Below, piece by piece: positions 26,143 through 39,114 of a DNA stretch of 64,000 nt. The stretch lies in assembly GCF_020745735.1 (NCBI RefSeq), contig NC_083420.1:23002001-23066000 (forward strand), read 5' to 3'. Source of the DNA: Hemiscyllium ocellatum. Its lineage: Eukaryota. The notes beneath the pieces were generated by a model, which worked only from the letters and a program-made list of their open reading frames with translations, was not told the DNA's origin and did no database searches. The position numbers and the translations under genes were made by a program. Every line of letters begins with the position of its first letter. Position 1 is the first letter of the stretch.

Positions 26143-26251
26143 CCATAAGTGATAGGCCCTCTGTTGATTTCCTATTCCTGTCCAAAATCCAATCTTGAAG
26201 GGACCTCTCACACAACTGCATTTGTATATGCAGCATGAGGTGGAATTGGAT
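26143..26251 (-). CDS. EIF2AK1: HRI exon 10
   Basis: [28 protein letters not shown]; tcttag acceptor, gtgagt donor; 109 nt. Confidence 0.95.
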
Positions 26252-27443
26252 CTAAGAATTAAGAGAATCAGACTTGGAATTTCTATGACACCCCAAATAA
26301 TTAATTTTTGAAACATAAACAGAAATTACTGGAGAAACTCAGCAGGTCTGGCAGCATCCGTGGGAAGATAGCAGAGTTAACGTTTTGAGTCTTCATCAGA
26401 ACTGTTTGTAAAATGTAATTTTTGAAGTGGAATCACGATAGAAAGTTAATAAACACTGCAGCCAATTTACACACAGCAAGCTCCCACAAATATCAAGGTG
26501 ATAATGATTAGGCAATCTGCTTTTATGATGTTGAATAAACATCGAACAGGTCCCTGAGGAGAGGTTTTCCTGCTTTTCAAAACAGAGCCATGGGATCATT
26601 CATAATTATCAAGAGGGAAGACTCAACATCTCATAATATTTAGTTTAATGTCTGACCTGAGAAACAGTACTTCCAACATTGCTTAATATTTCACTGGGAA
26701 TATCAGCCTATATTTCCATCCTCAATTCACATTGTAGATGCAAGTTCAACTACAAACATGTTTTCCACCAAAAATAGGGACAAGAGGAGTGACTTTCAAA
26801 TCTACATAATTTTAACTAATCTGTTGCTGATTGTACTTTTGATGGTTACACAATAGACATGACACAAGTGTAACAGTGCAGAAGGAGGCCACTCAGCCTA
26901 GTGCGTCCATACTCACATCCCTTACATCTTCTGCAAATTACTTTAAATCTGCACCCTCCAGTTTTTAATTCTTTATCAAGACTTTCAATATTACAACCAG
27001 ATTAGCCTGAACAATTGTAAGCAATTACAATAGACCATTCAGCACAAATGATCAGTCCTGAAGGAGAGTCATATTGGACTCAGAACATCAACTCTGCTTC
27101 TCCTTTCACAGACACTGCCAGACTCACTGAGTTTCCCCAGAACCTTCTGTTCCTATTTCAGACCTCCAGCTTCCACAGTACTGCTTTTAATTAGCCTGCA
27201 TGTTAGGACAGGCCTTATGCTTTAGCTAACCTGAACATTTTTGATGGGACGGTGTAAAAGGAATTTTACTCTGCATCTATCTGTGCTGCAATTGACCTGC
27301 TCATTCTGATTCCTATACTATAGGGAAAACTTTCTTAGTCCCAGGACTAGCAATCCCTTATGTTAAATTTCAGCAAAGTCATTCTTGAGCATCTGAATAG
27401 AAAAGCATGCTGGAAATCTTCCCAATGAATGCTTCTTCCTCAC

Positions 27444-27927
27444 CTTGGACTCGTGGTGCATATCTGTGAATGATGAGCCATCCTCCAGACTGGAGTTAAT
27501 GTTAGCATGGGAAGATGATCCTGAAATCTCCTCTAAGGCACCAGTTACTTTTTCCTTTGCCCTCTCAATGTCTTCTGCCTCAGTTGCCACTGCTTCAACC
27601 AACGGGTTCAAGTTATTCTTTACAATATGAGACTTTTGCGTCTCAATGCTCGGACATTTTGAAGGAAGGAGTGAAGAGTGCACCTGGATACCTTTCATTC
27701 TCGGGAGGGAGGCTGGTGGCTGACATATACCAGCATTTGCACATCTTGCTGCACAGTCTCCATCATAGAAGAAAATGTGATTGTCATTTCCCCATGATGT
27801 GTTTGTGCACATCTCCCCCTCAACCAGCTTGCTCCTTGACAAAGTCTCTCCCTCTCTTGCAACAGAATTGGTTTCTGCAAATATGATACTCGAAGAACTG
27901 GTTTCTATGTCCTGGGTGGAAGAGTGT
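27444..27927 (-). CDS. EIF2AK1: HRI exon 9 (kinase insert)
   Basis: RHSSTQDIETSSSSIIFAE...MHHESK, open for 484 nt; ttacag acceptor, AAG/gtgagg donor; phases fit the neighbouring exons. Confidence 0.9.
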
Positions 27928-28404
27928 CTGTAAGAACACAATTTTGAAATCTTAGTTAAGTTATCAAATTAGCAAACTAATCTTAACAACAGGAGAAAAA
28001 TGTATAAAAATATTCCCTAGAGCAATGAAATATATTGGGCTATAAATCCCCTTGACTTAAACTTTAGGTTGTCATTTCCCCTACCCAAAGTGTTTTCTTA
28101 CCTTTCATATTTCCTTTGTTGTCAGAATAATTATATTTTAGACTATTTCATTGGTTAGTTGGGATGTTCTACAATATTATCAGCTTTATGTTTGGCATAC
28201 AGCACTGCCTTCTCCAAGTCAGAGGTTTGTGGGTTCAACATTCACTTCAGAGACTTGAGCACAAGATTTAGGTTGACAGTCCAGTGTAACATTTAAAGAG
28301 TACTTCATTATCAGAGATGCTGGCTTACAGATGAGACATTAAATCAAGGCAAACCCTGCCTTGTCCTCCCAAGTGGACATGTAAAAATTCCCTGGCACTT
28401 CAAA

Positions 28405-28752
28405 ACCATGAAGGATATAAATAAGGTTAATGGTAGGTGTCTTTTCCCTCAGGTGAGGGATGTCAAGACTAGGTGGCATATTTTTATGGTGAGAGGAGAG
28501 AAATTCTTAAAAGTTATGAGGGGCAAATTTCTTTTACACAGGTGGTTCATATATGGAATGAACTTCCCAAGGAAATAGTGGATGCGAGCACAATTACAAC
28601 ATTTAAAAAACATTTGGATAAATACATGAATAAGAAATGTTTGGAGGGATATCGGCCAGGAACAGGTAGGTGAGACTAGTTTAGTTTGAGATTTTGTTCA
28701 GCATGGACTGCTCGAACCAAAAGGTCTATTTTTGAGCTGTATGACTCTGATC
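28405..28752 (+). mobile_element. CR1-type LINE 3' fragment
   Basis: FTQVVHIWNELPKEIVDASTITTFKKHLDKYM; tatgactct tail. Confidence 0.8.
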
Positions 28753-29595
28753 TATTCAAGAAAAAGCAGATGACTCCACCATAATGACGTGCTCAGTAAT
28801 TATCTCTCATCCAACACTATCAAAACAGAGTATCTGGGCATTACCACGTTGCTGGGTGTGGAAGCTTGCTGTGTGCCGATCAGCTGCTGAATTCTCTATA
28901 ATATTTCAAAAGTATTTTATTAGATGTAAGTTGCTTTGGAAGTTTGAGGTTGTGAAAGGCGCTATAACTGCAGGTTTTTCTTAAGATGACACAGATTAAC
29001 ATTAAGGTTTGGTTCTGCAAATACCAGCAGCCCTCCTATAATCTTTATTTACATTTTGAATTTGAGTGCTCAACCTGGGCTGCCATACACAGTGCAGAAA
29101 CAAGGGAGTACTCCATTGACAAAAGAGATATTAAATTATCAAAAAAGATGAATGAGCAAAATCTTAAAGTATTAATCTAGAGATGAGCAAGGAATTTCCA
29201 AATGTTCTTGGTCAATATTCCTCCTTCAATCAACTCCAACGTAAGGAGTTTACACGGTTATTCACTATGACATGCAGATTTAATTTTTGTTTGCCTGCAA
29301 AGGAGAAATTATAGTTCATATAATCAAATAGAAACCTATTTGATGTAATGAGTTTTGGAATATCCTGAGGCTACTATAAGGTGCAATATAAATGTGAGAT
29401 ATTTTTAACACTTAACACAACTTTTAAGCATTTTTAACACTTCTTTGATATTCATCTTAGAAATCAGAAGTTATAACTTGCATTTCTATAGCATCTTATC
29501 CGACAATCAAATCTTTAAAGCACTTCAAAGTCAAATAAATACTTATTTTTAAAATAGCTAACACAGAAGCCATTTGATCCAACAAACAGCAATAT

Positions 29596-29905
29596 TAGAT
29601 TAGATTAGATTAGATTTCCTACAATATGGAAACAGGCCCTTCGGCCCAACAAGTCCACACTGACCCTCCGAAGAGCAACCCACCCAGACCTATTCCCCTA
29701 CATTTACTCCTGACTAATGTACCTGACAATGTAGGCAATTTAGTATGTCCAATTCACCTGACCTGCACAGGTTTGGATTGTGGGAGGAAACCCATGTTGA
29801 CACGGAGAGAGTGTGCAAACTCCACACAGACAGTCGCCCAAGGTGTGAATTGAACCTGGGTCCCTGGCGCTGAGACAGCGGTGCTAACCACTGAGCCACC
29901 GTGCC
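29596..29905 (-). mobile_element. tRNA-derived V-SINE (HE1-like)
   Basis: A/B boxes (GGTGGCTCAGTGG, GGTTCAATTC), V-domain GTGTGGAGTTTGCAC, (TCTAA)n tail. Confidence 0.85.
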
Positions 29906-30214
29906 GATCAGACAATAATTTTTTTAGTGATATTATTTGAATGTTAAATGCTGGTCAAGGCATCAAAGGGAACTCCTCCATTCTTATTCAAAATTGCGCC
30001 ACAGGATCTTTTATAGCAATCTGAGATACCAAACAGTGCCTCAGTTTAATTTTTCATGCAAAAGGAATTGTAGCCAAATCTGATTCTGTTCTCAAAACCA
30101 TCTACCTATCTGCAAGAACTGACCATGTACAGAAATTGTAGTTAATTTTCTACCACCACCCAGTCACTAGATAGGATACTGCTCATAAGACACAATTTCA
30201 AAATTTGCAAGAAT

Positions 30215-31030
30215 ATAAAACCGGAAGTGTTGTGAACCATGAGGTATTGGTAGAATGGGCCAACAAGTGGCAGAAGACATTTAATGCGGGGAAGTGTGAA
30301 AGGATTCATTTTGGTTGTGCAAAGACAATATAACATAAAGTGTGCATTCTAAGTGGGGTGCAGAAGCAAAGGACCCAGGTCCATAAATCTTTGAAGATGG
30401 CAAGACAAGTTGAAAACACAGTTGATAAAGTATACACCATCCAGAGCACACAGACTACAAAACCAAGAATGCTGTGTTAAACTTTTTTAAAATACTGGTC
30501 CAGCCTCAAGTATTGCATCCAATCTTGGGCACACTTTAGAAACTGAGGGCACTATAGAAGGTGCAGAAAAAAATTACAGGAATAGTTTCAGGTAAGAGGA
30601 TTGTTCAATTAGGTAGAAAGATTAGACAAGTTGGGACTTTTCTCCTTGGAGAACAGAAGGCCAAGAAGAGATTTTATGGAAACATTGAAAGTCGTGAGGT
30701 ATCTGGAGAGAATAGATAGGGAGAAATTTTGTCCATTAGTGGGTGGATTGAGAACCAGAGGGCAAAAATTTAAGATAACTGGCAAAAGAAGCAATGGCAA
30801 CATGAAGAAAAACCTCTTGACACAGCAAGGTCTTTGGATCTTGAATGTGTTGCCTGACAGTATGGTAGAGGCAGAACCAGCTGACACTTCCAAAAAGGGA
30901 ATTGGATTATTATCCAAAAAGGAAAAATTTACATGGCTAAAGGGGAAAGGCAAGGAAGTAGAACAACATTCCTTCACAGAATCAAGACAACACAGATACA
31001 GCCAAAAGGCCCGTTTCTGTAACCACTGTA
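30215..31030 (+). mobile_element. Old CR1-type LINE 3' fragment
   Basis: GLFSLENRRPRRDF..RTRGQKFKI..WILNVLPD. Confidence 0.75.
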
Positions 31031-31497
31031 TAATTCATTCTGTTTTATTAATCATACAATTGCAAAGGAAGCCTTTTAGTATATTGTACCTATCTATATT
31101 TTGAAAGAGTCACCAATTACTCGCATACCTCCACTCTTTCTAAAGACCTGCTTTTTTTTACTTTTTCTTCTTTTTCAAGTGGTTTAACATACTTTCATTT
31201 GAAAATTATGACTTGCCTTTTAGACAGCACATTCCAGATCATAAACAAACTGGTAAATAAAGATAAACTCACCTTCAAACTAATTTATTTTTCTAATTAT
31301 CATTACCTATCACCTCCCCTGGCAGTGAAAACAGAGTAAATAAGCAGAAACATTCAAAAGCTCCTCATTATTGTGAAGATCTCCATTCAACCTCCCTCAA
31401 CCTTTTCTGCTCTAAGGAGAACAATCCTGGTTTCTCCATGTAGTTTTTCTTTCCAACTTTTGGTATTTTTACAACTAATTTAAGAAAATAAATGTAC

Positions 31498-31561
31498 CTG
31501 TAATCTTCTTGATCAGAGGGACCTTTTAATGCACAGAAAGTGCTGTAAGGTATTTGATTAC
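31498..31561 (-). CDS. EIF2AK1: HRI exon 8
   Basis: SNQIPYSTFCALKGPSDQEDYR; catttag acceptor, gtacat donor; 64 nt, phase 1 to 2. Confidence 0.85.
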
Positions 31562-31667
31562 CTAAATGATATAAAGAAAGGAAAATGTATTGGTTAACAT
31601 GTGTCTCTGGAAGAAGGCACACTTTTATACTCATATTGGTTTTTGTAGAGATGCAGTTTAACTATAC

Positions 31668-31767
31668 TTTTCAGAGGTGGTGGCTGTACATGCTCCATCC
31701 AAGCAGTATGATAGCCGACAATGTGTGGATGCTGTAGGCCAGCCAAAACTTTAACCTCTCTCAGCAC
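31668..31767 (-). CDS. EIF2AK1: HRI exon 7
   Basis: [33 protein letters not shown]; ttttag acceptor, gtatag donor; 100 nt. Confidence 0.93.
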
Positions 31768-32035
31768 CTAAAAATGAAAAAAAAATTCAGTAACTATGCA
31801 AAGCCTAGAATTCTCACAATCAGTTGACTAAGAACTAACTGAATTGTAGAAAGTCTGATGGGATTGAACAGATTGCATCCCTATGACCAAGCCCTCACAA
31901 TATCAGTTTACAGATCCATCGACACAAGTAGTCAGTCTCATACCCATTGCAGGTTTACAATGAGGTTACCACCATGTTCCTTCACTGTCCTTAACAGAAG
32001 GTTGATAGCCATTTTGTATTTAGTATAACACTACA

Positions 32036-32300
32036 GATTCTTAGATTAGATTCTTAGATTCTCTACAGTGTGGAAATGGGCCCTTCAGCCCAACAAGTCC
32101 ACACCGACCCTCTGAAGAGCAACCCACCCAGACCCATTCCCCTATATTTATCGCTGCACCTAATACTAGGGCAATTTAGCATGGTCAATTCACCTAATCT
32201 GCACAGCCTTGGATTGTGGGAGGAAACCAGAGCACCCGGAGGAAACCCATGCAGACACGGGAAGAATGTGCAAACTTCACACAGACAGCTGCCCGAGGCG
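32036..32300 (-). mobile_element. V-SINE (HE1-like), 5'-truncated
   Basis: V-domain and TCTAA tail as at 29596-29905. Confidence 0.8.
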
Positions 32301-32621
32301 GGAAGCTATAGTGTGATCATGACTGAGGTCATCTCTTCCATGAACATATAGAACAGGAGGTGGCTATTTATAGACAAAAGGAAAGATTTGGGAGGGAATT
32401 CCAAACTTGGGGCCCTGGTAGCTGACGACACGGCAGCCAAGGCTGCAGCAATAGAAAGTGTTGATGTGCGATAGGCCACAATTGGAAGAGTGCAGAATCT
32501 CAAGGGAAGGAGATTCCAGAGGTCGGGAGTTCTACAACTGTCAATAATTTGGCTGCAAACTCAAAAATACAAGTTGCAATCTGCCATGTAAATATCAGGA
32601 TCATCCTCTTTAACTGAATAC

Positions 32622-32702
32622 CTTCATGCAGTCGTATCTTGTAATCTTCTTCATAAGAATCTTCTTTATGGCATAAAGCTGTCGATCCAATTTATTTCTG
32701 AC
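32622..32702 (-). CDS. EIF2AK1: HRI exon 6 (catalytic Lys)
   Basis: VRNKLDRQLYAIKKILMKKITRYDCMK; ctccag acceptor, gtattc donor; 81 nt. Confidence 0.95.
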
Positions 32703-33363
32703 CTGGAGTAAATAGAAAGAAGAACAAAAGTAGAATTTCTAATTAAATAATTTTAATGCGTGCTGCTCATGTTTATGGTTTCATTATGGAGACATTAAGC
32801 CATAGGCACACAAATAAAACAATTATTTGACTGGCACTGCCTTAAAACCAGGCGTAGACTGCACAGGAACAACATTCAAGAAATACTTCTTTGTACAAAG
32901 GGTAATGGAAATCCAGAAATCTTTTCCCCGAAATCTGTTGAGGCTGGAGGGTTAATTGAAAATGTGAAAACTGAGACTGATAGTATTTCGTTTGAAAGGA
33001 GGTTAAGGGTTACAGAACCAAGGCAAGTAAATGGAGACATAGACAAGCTATGATCAAATTAAATTGCAGAACAGATTTGAGGGATAAACCTTATTTCTGT
33101 TTTGATGAATAGAGGTATCAACCTTTCCCCCCTCCCCCCAAGTATTCTGCTACAGAGAAAAGAGTGCCATTCAGGAGACGTTCAGTATCTTCAGGCTCAT
33201 GTCAGCTCATGACGGGAAAGATAGCATCAATGAGGGGGTCCTGTATCACATACTGTTTCTCCAGCTCCATGCATTGCTATCTTTGATTTGAAAATTTAAA
33301 ATTCAATTCACTTAAACCAGAGTTCTAAGATAGAAATCAAAATAAAAGATTTTAATCACACAC

Positions 33364-33463
33364 CTTATATACTTTTCCGTAGCTACCTTTTCCCAGTCTT
33401 TCAATCTCTTCAAACTCATTCATGTAGCGAGATGTCTGTTCCTGGAACAGAGCTTCTTTTGTT
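33364..33463 (-). CDS. EIF2AK1: HRI exon 5 (Gly-rich loop)
   Basis: [34 protein letters not shown]; gtgtag acceptor, gtgtgt donor; 100 nt. Confidence 0.95.
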
Positions 33464-33927
33464 CTACACACAGATCAAATAACTTCAATTAACAACATTC
33501 TAAATAATTAGACTACAGTAATGCTGATCAATCACATTTTAAGAAAATAAAAAATAGAATCATGTATACAACATAGTACAGCAAACTTTTACTCTCCATC
33601 CTTAAGAAAACTTCAATAGTACCAAAGGAATAGCAGTCAAACCTTCACCATAGTGCTGTTGGAGTGAAGACACAAATGTACCCAGTCTGTGTAAGGATTT
33701 CAGGTTTCCTTCCCACTAGGATGTTAATGAACCAGTTGGACTTTGAAACAACAATCAAAAGCTTCATTGTCACTTTTGCTGACACCAGTATTTTATTTCC
33801 AGAAGTAAAAACAAAATGTACTACAGATTCTCAAACAGACCATGGTGGGATTAGAATTCTGACCTCTGGATTATTATTCCGAAAATAAAACCATTGCACT
33901 ACAATAGTCACTACGATCATCACATAC

Positions 33928-33971
33928 CTGTAGGAGAGGTGGGTAGGTGCTTCTCCACTGATAACTTGCCC
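33928..33971 (-). CDS. EIF2AK1: HRI exon 4 (short, divergent)
   Basis: GQVISGEAPTHLSYR; ttttag acceptor, AG/gtatgt donor; 44 nt supplies the phase 0 to 2 change needed between exons 3 and 5. Confidence 0.75.
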
Positions 33972-34179
33972 CTAAAATCAGGAACACAAGGTAAATTTGA
34001 AATAGGCTTTGTTTACTGTAAGCCCAACTCTCAACAACTGTGTAACACCAACCCAAGCTAAAAAGCTTTCTAGTGAAGGTTTAGTCATTTCTTTGCTGGG
34101 ATTGTCCCAATGTCCTGCTGTATCGCTCTCCAAACTGTCATGACAATATAATTTGTAGAATCACAGAATTGTTCCAGAG

Positions 34180-36190
34180 TGATAGGACAGGGGGAAGGTA
34201 GCGTGGAAGGCGACAGGTAGATGAAGGTGGAGGAGTGATGGTGATAGGTCAGAGCAGAGGATGGAGCGGACTGCTGGGAAGGAAGTTAGACAGGTAGGAC
34301 AGTTCAAGAAGACAATGCTGAGTCAGAGGCTTAGATCTGGGTGATGTAGGGGGAGGGGAGATGAGGTAACTGGTAAAATCAACATTGATGCTACATGTTG
34401 AGGGTCCCAAAGCAGAAGATGAGGCATTCTTTCTACAAGCGTTGGTGGCTTGGATTTGGCAGTGGAGGAGGCCCAGGACTTGCATGCCCTTGGCAGTGTA
34501 GGATGTGGAGTTGAAGTGGTTGGCCACGGGGTGGGTAGGGTTGTTTGGTGCATGTGTACCAATAATGTTCCCTCAGACGTTCCGCAAGTTGGTGTCCTGT
34601 TTCCCCAGTATCGAGGAGGCCAAATTGAGAGCAATGGACACGGTAAATGAGGTGCTTGGCTGTGCAGGAAAAGTGGAAGAAAAGGTGGGTCGCTGCATTG
34701 ATGACTGTATCGGTGCCACCCTGTGCTCCCACGAGGCGGTTGAACAGTTCATCAACTTCACAAACACCTTCAAGCCTGATCTCAAGCTCACCTGGACCAT
34801 CTCAGACACCTCCCTCCCCTTCCTATACCTCTCCGTCTCCATCTCCGGCAATCGACTTAACACAACATCTACTTCAAACCCCACCGACTCCCACAGCTAC
34901 CTAGATGACACCTCCTCCCACACTCCCCTTCTGCGTAAATGCTATCCCTTATTCCCAATTCCTCCATTGTATCTGCTCCGAGAAGGAGCAATTCTACTCC
35001 AGGACATCCAGATGGTCTCTTATTTCAAAGACCACATTTTCCCCTCCCATGTGATCAACAATGCCCTCCAGTGCATCGCCTCCATTTCCCGCACCTCCAC
35101 CTGCGAACCCCATCCCTCAAACAAGGATAGAACCCATCCTCATGCTCATAGAACATAACAGCATAGTACAGGCTCTTTTGGCCCTCGATGTTGTGCTGAC
35201 CTGTGAAACCAATCTGAAGCCTAGATGGATAGATATCCTACACTATTCCATTTTCATCCACTTTTTGATCCAAAGACCATTCTTCCAGTCCACTAAGTTC
35301 CTGATACAGCGCATTACCCTCTGCCATTTCTGCCACATACAATCAGACCCACATACCAGACCAGAGATATATTTCCCTCCCCACCCCTATCAGAATTCCG
35401 CAGAGACCATTCTCTCCGCAACTCCTTCATTAGGTCCATGCCTCCCACCAACCCACCCTCCACTCCTGGCACCTTCCCTTGACGTCGCAAGAGGTGTAAA
35501 ATCTGTGCCCACACCTCCCACTTCACCTCTGTCCAGACCCCAAAGGATCCTTCCACATTCAGCAGAGATTTTCCTGCACATCCAAACACTGTGTCCATTG
35601 CTCTCGATGTGGATTCCTCTACACTGGGGAGACAGGACGCCAACTCGCGGAACATTTCATGGAACATCTCTGGGACACACACACCAAACAATCCCACCGC
35701 CTTGTAGCCAACCACTTCAACTCGCACCGCCCCCAACTCCGCCAAGGACATGCAAGTACTGGGCCTCCCCACCGCCAAATCCAAGCCACCAGACACCTGG
35801 AGGAACAACGTCTCATCTTCTGCCTTGGGACCCTCCAACATACGGGATCAATGTATGAATTTCCTCATCTACCCTCGTCCCACCCCTCATCCCAGATGCA
35901 ACCCTCCAACCTGGCACTGCCTTCTTGAACTGTCCTACCTCTCTATCTTCCTTCCCACCTACCCGCTCCACCGTCCCCTCCAACGTATCATTATCACCCC
36001 CACTCGCATCTACCTATCGCCTTCCCAGCTACATTACCCCTGCCCCAACCCCACCTTCCTAATTATCTGTCAGCCCCCTTCACCTCCCCATCCGCCCATT
36101 CCTGATGAAGGGCTTATGCCAGAAACGTTGATTCTCCTACTCTCGGATGCTGCCTGACCTACTGTGCTTTTTCAGTGCCACACTTTTCGT
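34180..36190. mobile_element. Penelope-like element with inverted arms (minus arm about 34180-34670, plus arm about 34675-36190); short CR1-type tail inserted at about 35146-35260
   Basis: RCIDDCIG, LPFLYL, PTDSHSYL and GIY-YIG region on +; the same 3' region on - at the left. Confidence 0.85.
36098..36133 (+). ncRNA. Minimal hammerhead ribozyme core, slightly degenerate
   Basis: ATTC-CTGATGA-A-GGGC-TTAT-GCCA-GAAA-CG-TT-GATT. Confidence 0.55.
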
Positions 36191-36271
36191 CTCAACTGTT
36201 GTACTCAGCTACTTGGATTCAGAAATGTGCTCTGAATCAACTACAATCAGTTTCACAGTTTCTGAACATTG

Positions 36272-36584
36272 AGGGCGGCACGGTGGCACAGTGGTTAGCA
36301 CTGCTGCCTCACAGCGCCTGAGACCTGGTTCAATTCCCGACTGTGTGGAGACTGACTGTGTGGAGTTTGCACGTTCTCCCCATGTCTGTGTGGGTTTCCT
36401 CCAGGTGCTCCGGTTTCCTCCCACAGTCCAAAGATATGCGGGTCAGGTGAATTGGCCATGCTAAATTGCCCGTAATGTTAAGTAAGGGGTAAATGTAGGG
36501 GTATGGGTGGGTTGCACTTCGGCGGGTCGGTGTGGACTTGTTGGGCTGAAGGGCCTGTTTCCACACTGTAAGTAATCTAATCTA
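36272..36584 (+). mobile_element. V-SINE (HE1-like), full length
   Basis: GGCGGCACGGTGGCACAGTGGTTAGC A box, GGTTCAATTCC B box, V-domain, TAATCTAATCTAA tail. Confidence 0.9.
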
Positions 36585-37296
36585 AACATTTGTCAGTATA
36601 ACCAATTTGAACACCACAAGAATAATGACCAGATAATCTGTCAGAAGGTTGCAGGTTCAATTCACTCCAAGGCTTGACTACATGAATTAGGCTGTCACTC
36701 TCAGTACCTGCACTGGCAGACATGTTGCACTTAAGGTAACATTAACCAAAGCCCTGTTCAGGGATCAGATCAGATGGACATAACTGTTTTCATTGTATTG
36801 TTTTAATCAGGGGTGTTATCCATTGTGTCTTGGGCCAATATTGATCCTTCAATGATAACTAAAATATATTTTCTGGTCATTAAGCTCCCACAAACAGTGG
36901 TGATAAAGTCTGCAAATTGTTTCTTGCATTAAGTCCAAAGATGTGCAGGTCAGGTGGATTGGCTGTGCTAAAATGCCCATAGTGCCCAGGGGTGTGCAGA
37001 CCAGCTAGATTAGCCATGGGAAATGCAGGGTTATGAGGATAGAATTGGGAGTGTGCTTGGGTGGGATGCTCTTCAGCGAGTTCTTTAGAACCAATGGGCT
37101 GAATGGTCTGTTTCCGGAGAGTAGGGATTCTATGAAGACACCGACAACAATTCGGAAAGTACCTCATAGCGTGTAAAGCATATGGGGAGTTCTGAGGTTA
37201 TGAATAGGTGCTACTGAAATGTAATATGTTACTTTCAAAGACTTCTTAAGACTCTTAAGGGTAGAACTCACTAACATGAGCTGGCATTGCACTCAC

Positions 37297-37433
37297 CTGT
37301 CGATACAAGCCGTTGCTCACTGCTTGTAGCAAGTTTGTAAAAGCCTGGTTATGTTGCAGCCTCACAGTGCTGAACTCATCACTGAAGGTGATTGGTGAAA
37401 TCAAGTGCATTCCTGCTAGTTTATGGCACAACA
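37297..37433 (-). CDS. EIF2AK1: HRI exon 3
   Basis: LLCHKLAGMHLISPITFSDEFSTVRLQHNQAFTNLL; tttcag acceptor, gtgagt donor; 137 nt. Confidence 0.93.
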
Positions 37434-39114
37434 CTGAAAAAGGAAAAATTTAAATTTATAAGGGCCTTTCATGACTTCAGGCAATTGTATAATTATTTAT
37501 TGACAATGATGTACTTATGAAAGTTAGCCATTCTGATAATGTAGTGAAAACAAGATCCCACAAACAGGAATTGAACAATAAGTATCAGTCTAGATACCAA
37601 ATATAACTCCCATGATCTTCTCCAAAAGATGCCATAGAACCTTTTACCTTGACCAGAGAGGGCAGATGTAAATTCTGTTTAACATCTCTTCCAAAAGACA
37701 GCATTTCTAACACTGTAGCATTCTGTCAGTGTAGAAATGATAGTGTCCCCTGGTATGGGGCTATCTTGTGATTCAGAGGTAAGTATATGCTAACAACTGA
37801 AGCATATCTGATAGTTGAGACTGAATGAGGTTACAGAGATCAAGAGGAGCAAAGCTATGGAATAATTTTACACAACAGCCAGCATTTTAAAAAAGAGGCA
37901 TTTCTATACTGAGAGAAAATGTAAATCAGCAAGCACGGGAGGAGATAATGGATGAATGGGATTTGGAAGAAGTTATGAGGAAGGATCACTTGACCTGAAA
38001 CGTTAACTGTGGATTTCTCTCCATAGATGCTGCCAGACTTGCGGAGCTTTTCCAGCAATTGCTGTTTTTGGGAAAGAAGTAACGTTCTGGATGATCAAGG
38101 TCAATATCAATGCTGAGTGTAAAGGCTTCTTTCTGAAACAAAATGCTTCATTTATCTAAAATTGGAATTTTAGGACACAAAAACAGGCTATTTGCCCAGG
38201 AAATCTATAGCAAAACTGGAAGAGTTCAGAAATATCAGAGGATTGTTAGAGGCTTCAAACAGTTAAATTAAGAGTACCTGTATGTTGTTTTAATCTCCAC
38301 ACTTAAGAAACTCTTTACCTGCATTTGAAGCAGTACAGCAAAGATTCACTAATTAGTCCCTGGGATAAGAGACTGCCCTTATTATGAGAGGCTGAGCACA
38401 CTGGATCTATATGATCCAGTGTTTGGAAATATGAGAGACAATCTCATCAAAACATGCCATATTCTGCACAGTTATTGACTGAATTTTTTACACAGATCAG
38501 GGAATCTAGCATCTGCAGTCATTGTTTTGACCCCATTGGGAATCTAAGATGCAGAGTCTTCTTGCAAAGAATCATTTGGGGATGACATGAGTACAAACCT
38601 CTTCACTTAAAGGGTTTTGAATCTTTGGGATTCTCTCACCCAGAAGGTTGTGCCATTGCCATCACTAAATGCATTTAAGGCTGGGATAGGCAGATGTTTA
38701 GTCTCAAGCAACATGGAAGCAAGCAGGAAAGTGGAATTGGAACCCAAGGCCAGGATGAATCAGGATCATATTGAAGACAGAGCAGGATCAACAGGCCATG
38801 ATGTCATCTCTTGTTCCTTTTCCTCATGCTGTTGTGTATCCATGGATTCATTTATTAGGTCCACAGAATAAAACATAGATTTTGCAACATTATGTAAACT
38901 AACCTTAATTCTTCTCTATATCTTGACTTCATTATTTCACCTTTATACAATCCTTTATTGTCAGTGTTGTGAGAACTTGCCTTCCTCAATTTTCTCTTTG
39001 GTCCATAATTTATACGTTGTTAAAAACATCATCCACCCTGCTTTCTTTTCAACTCAGGAATCATCCTGGACTCTGATCTTTCAGCCAAATTACTCAAGGA
39101 CCACAATTCACTGT

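Noticed and set aside
36272-36345. tRNA gene
   Set aside because: The A/B boxes belong to SINE heads that continue into the V-domain and LINE-like tail; no complete cloverleaf
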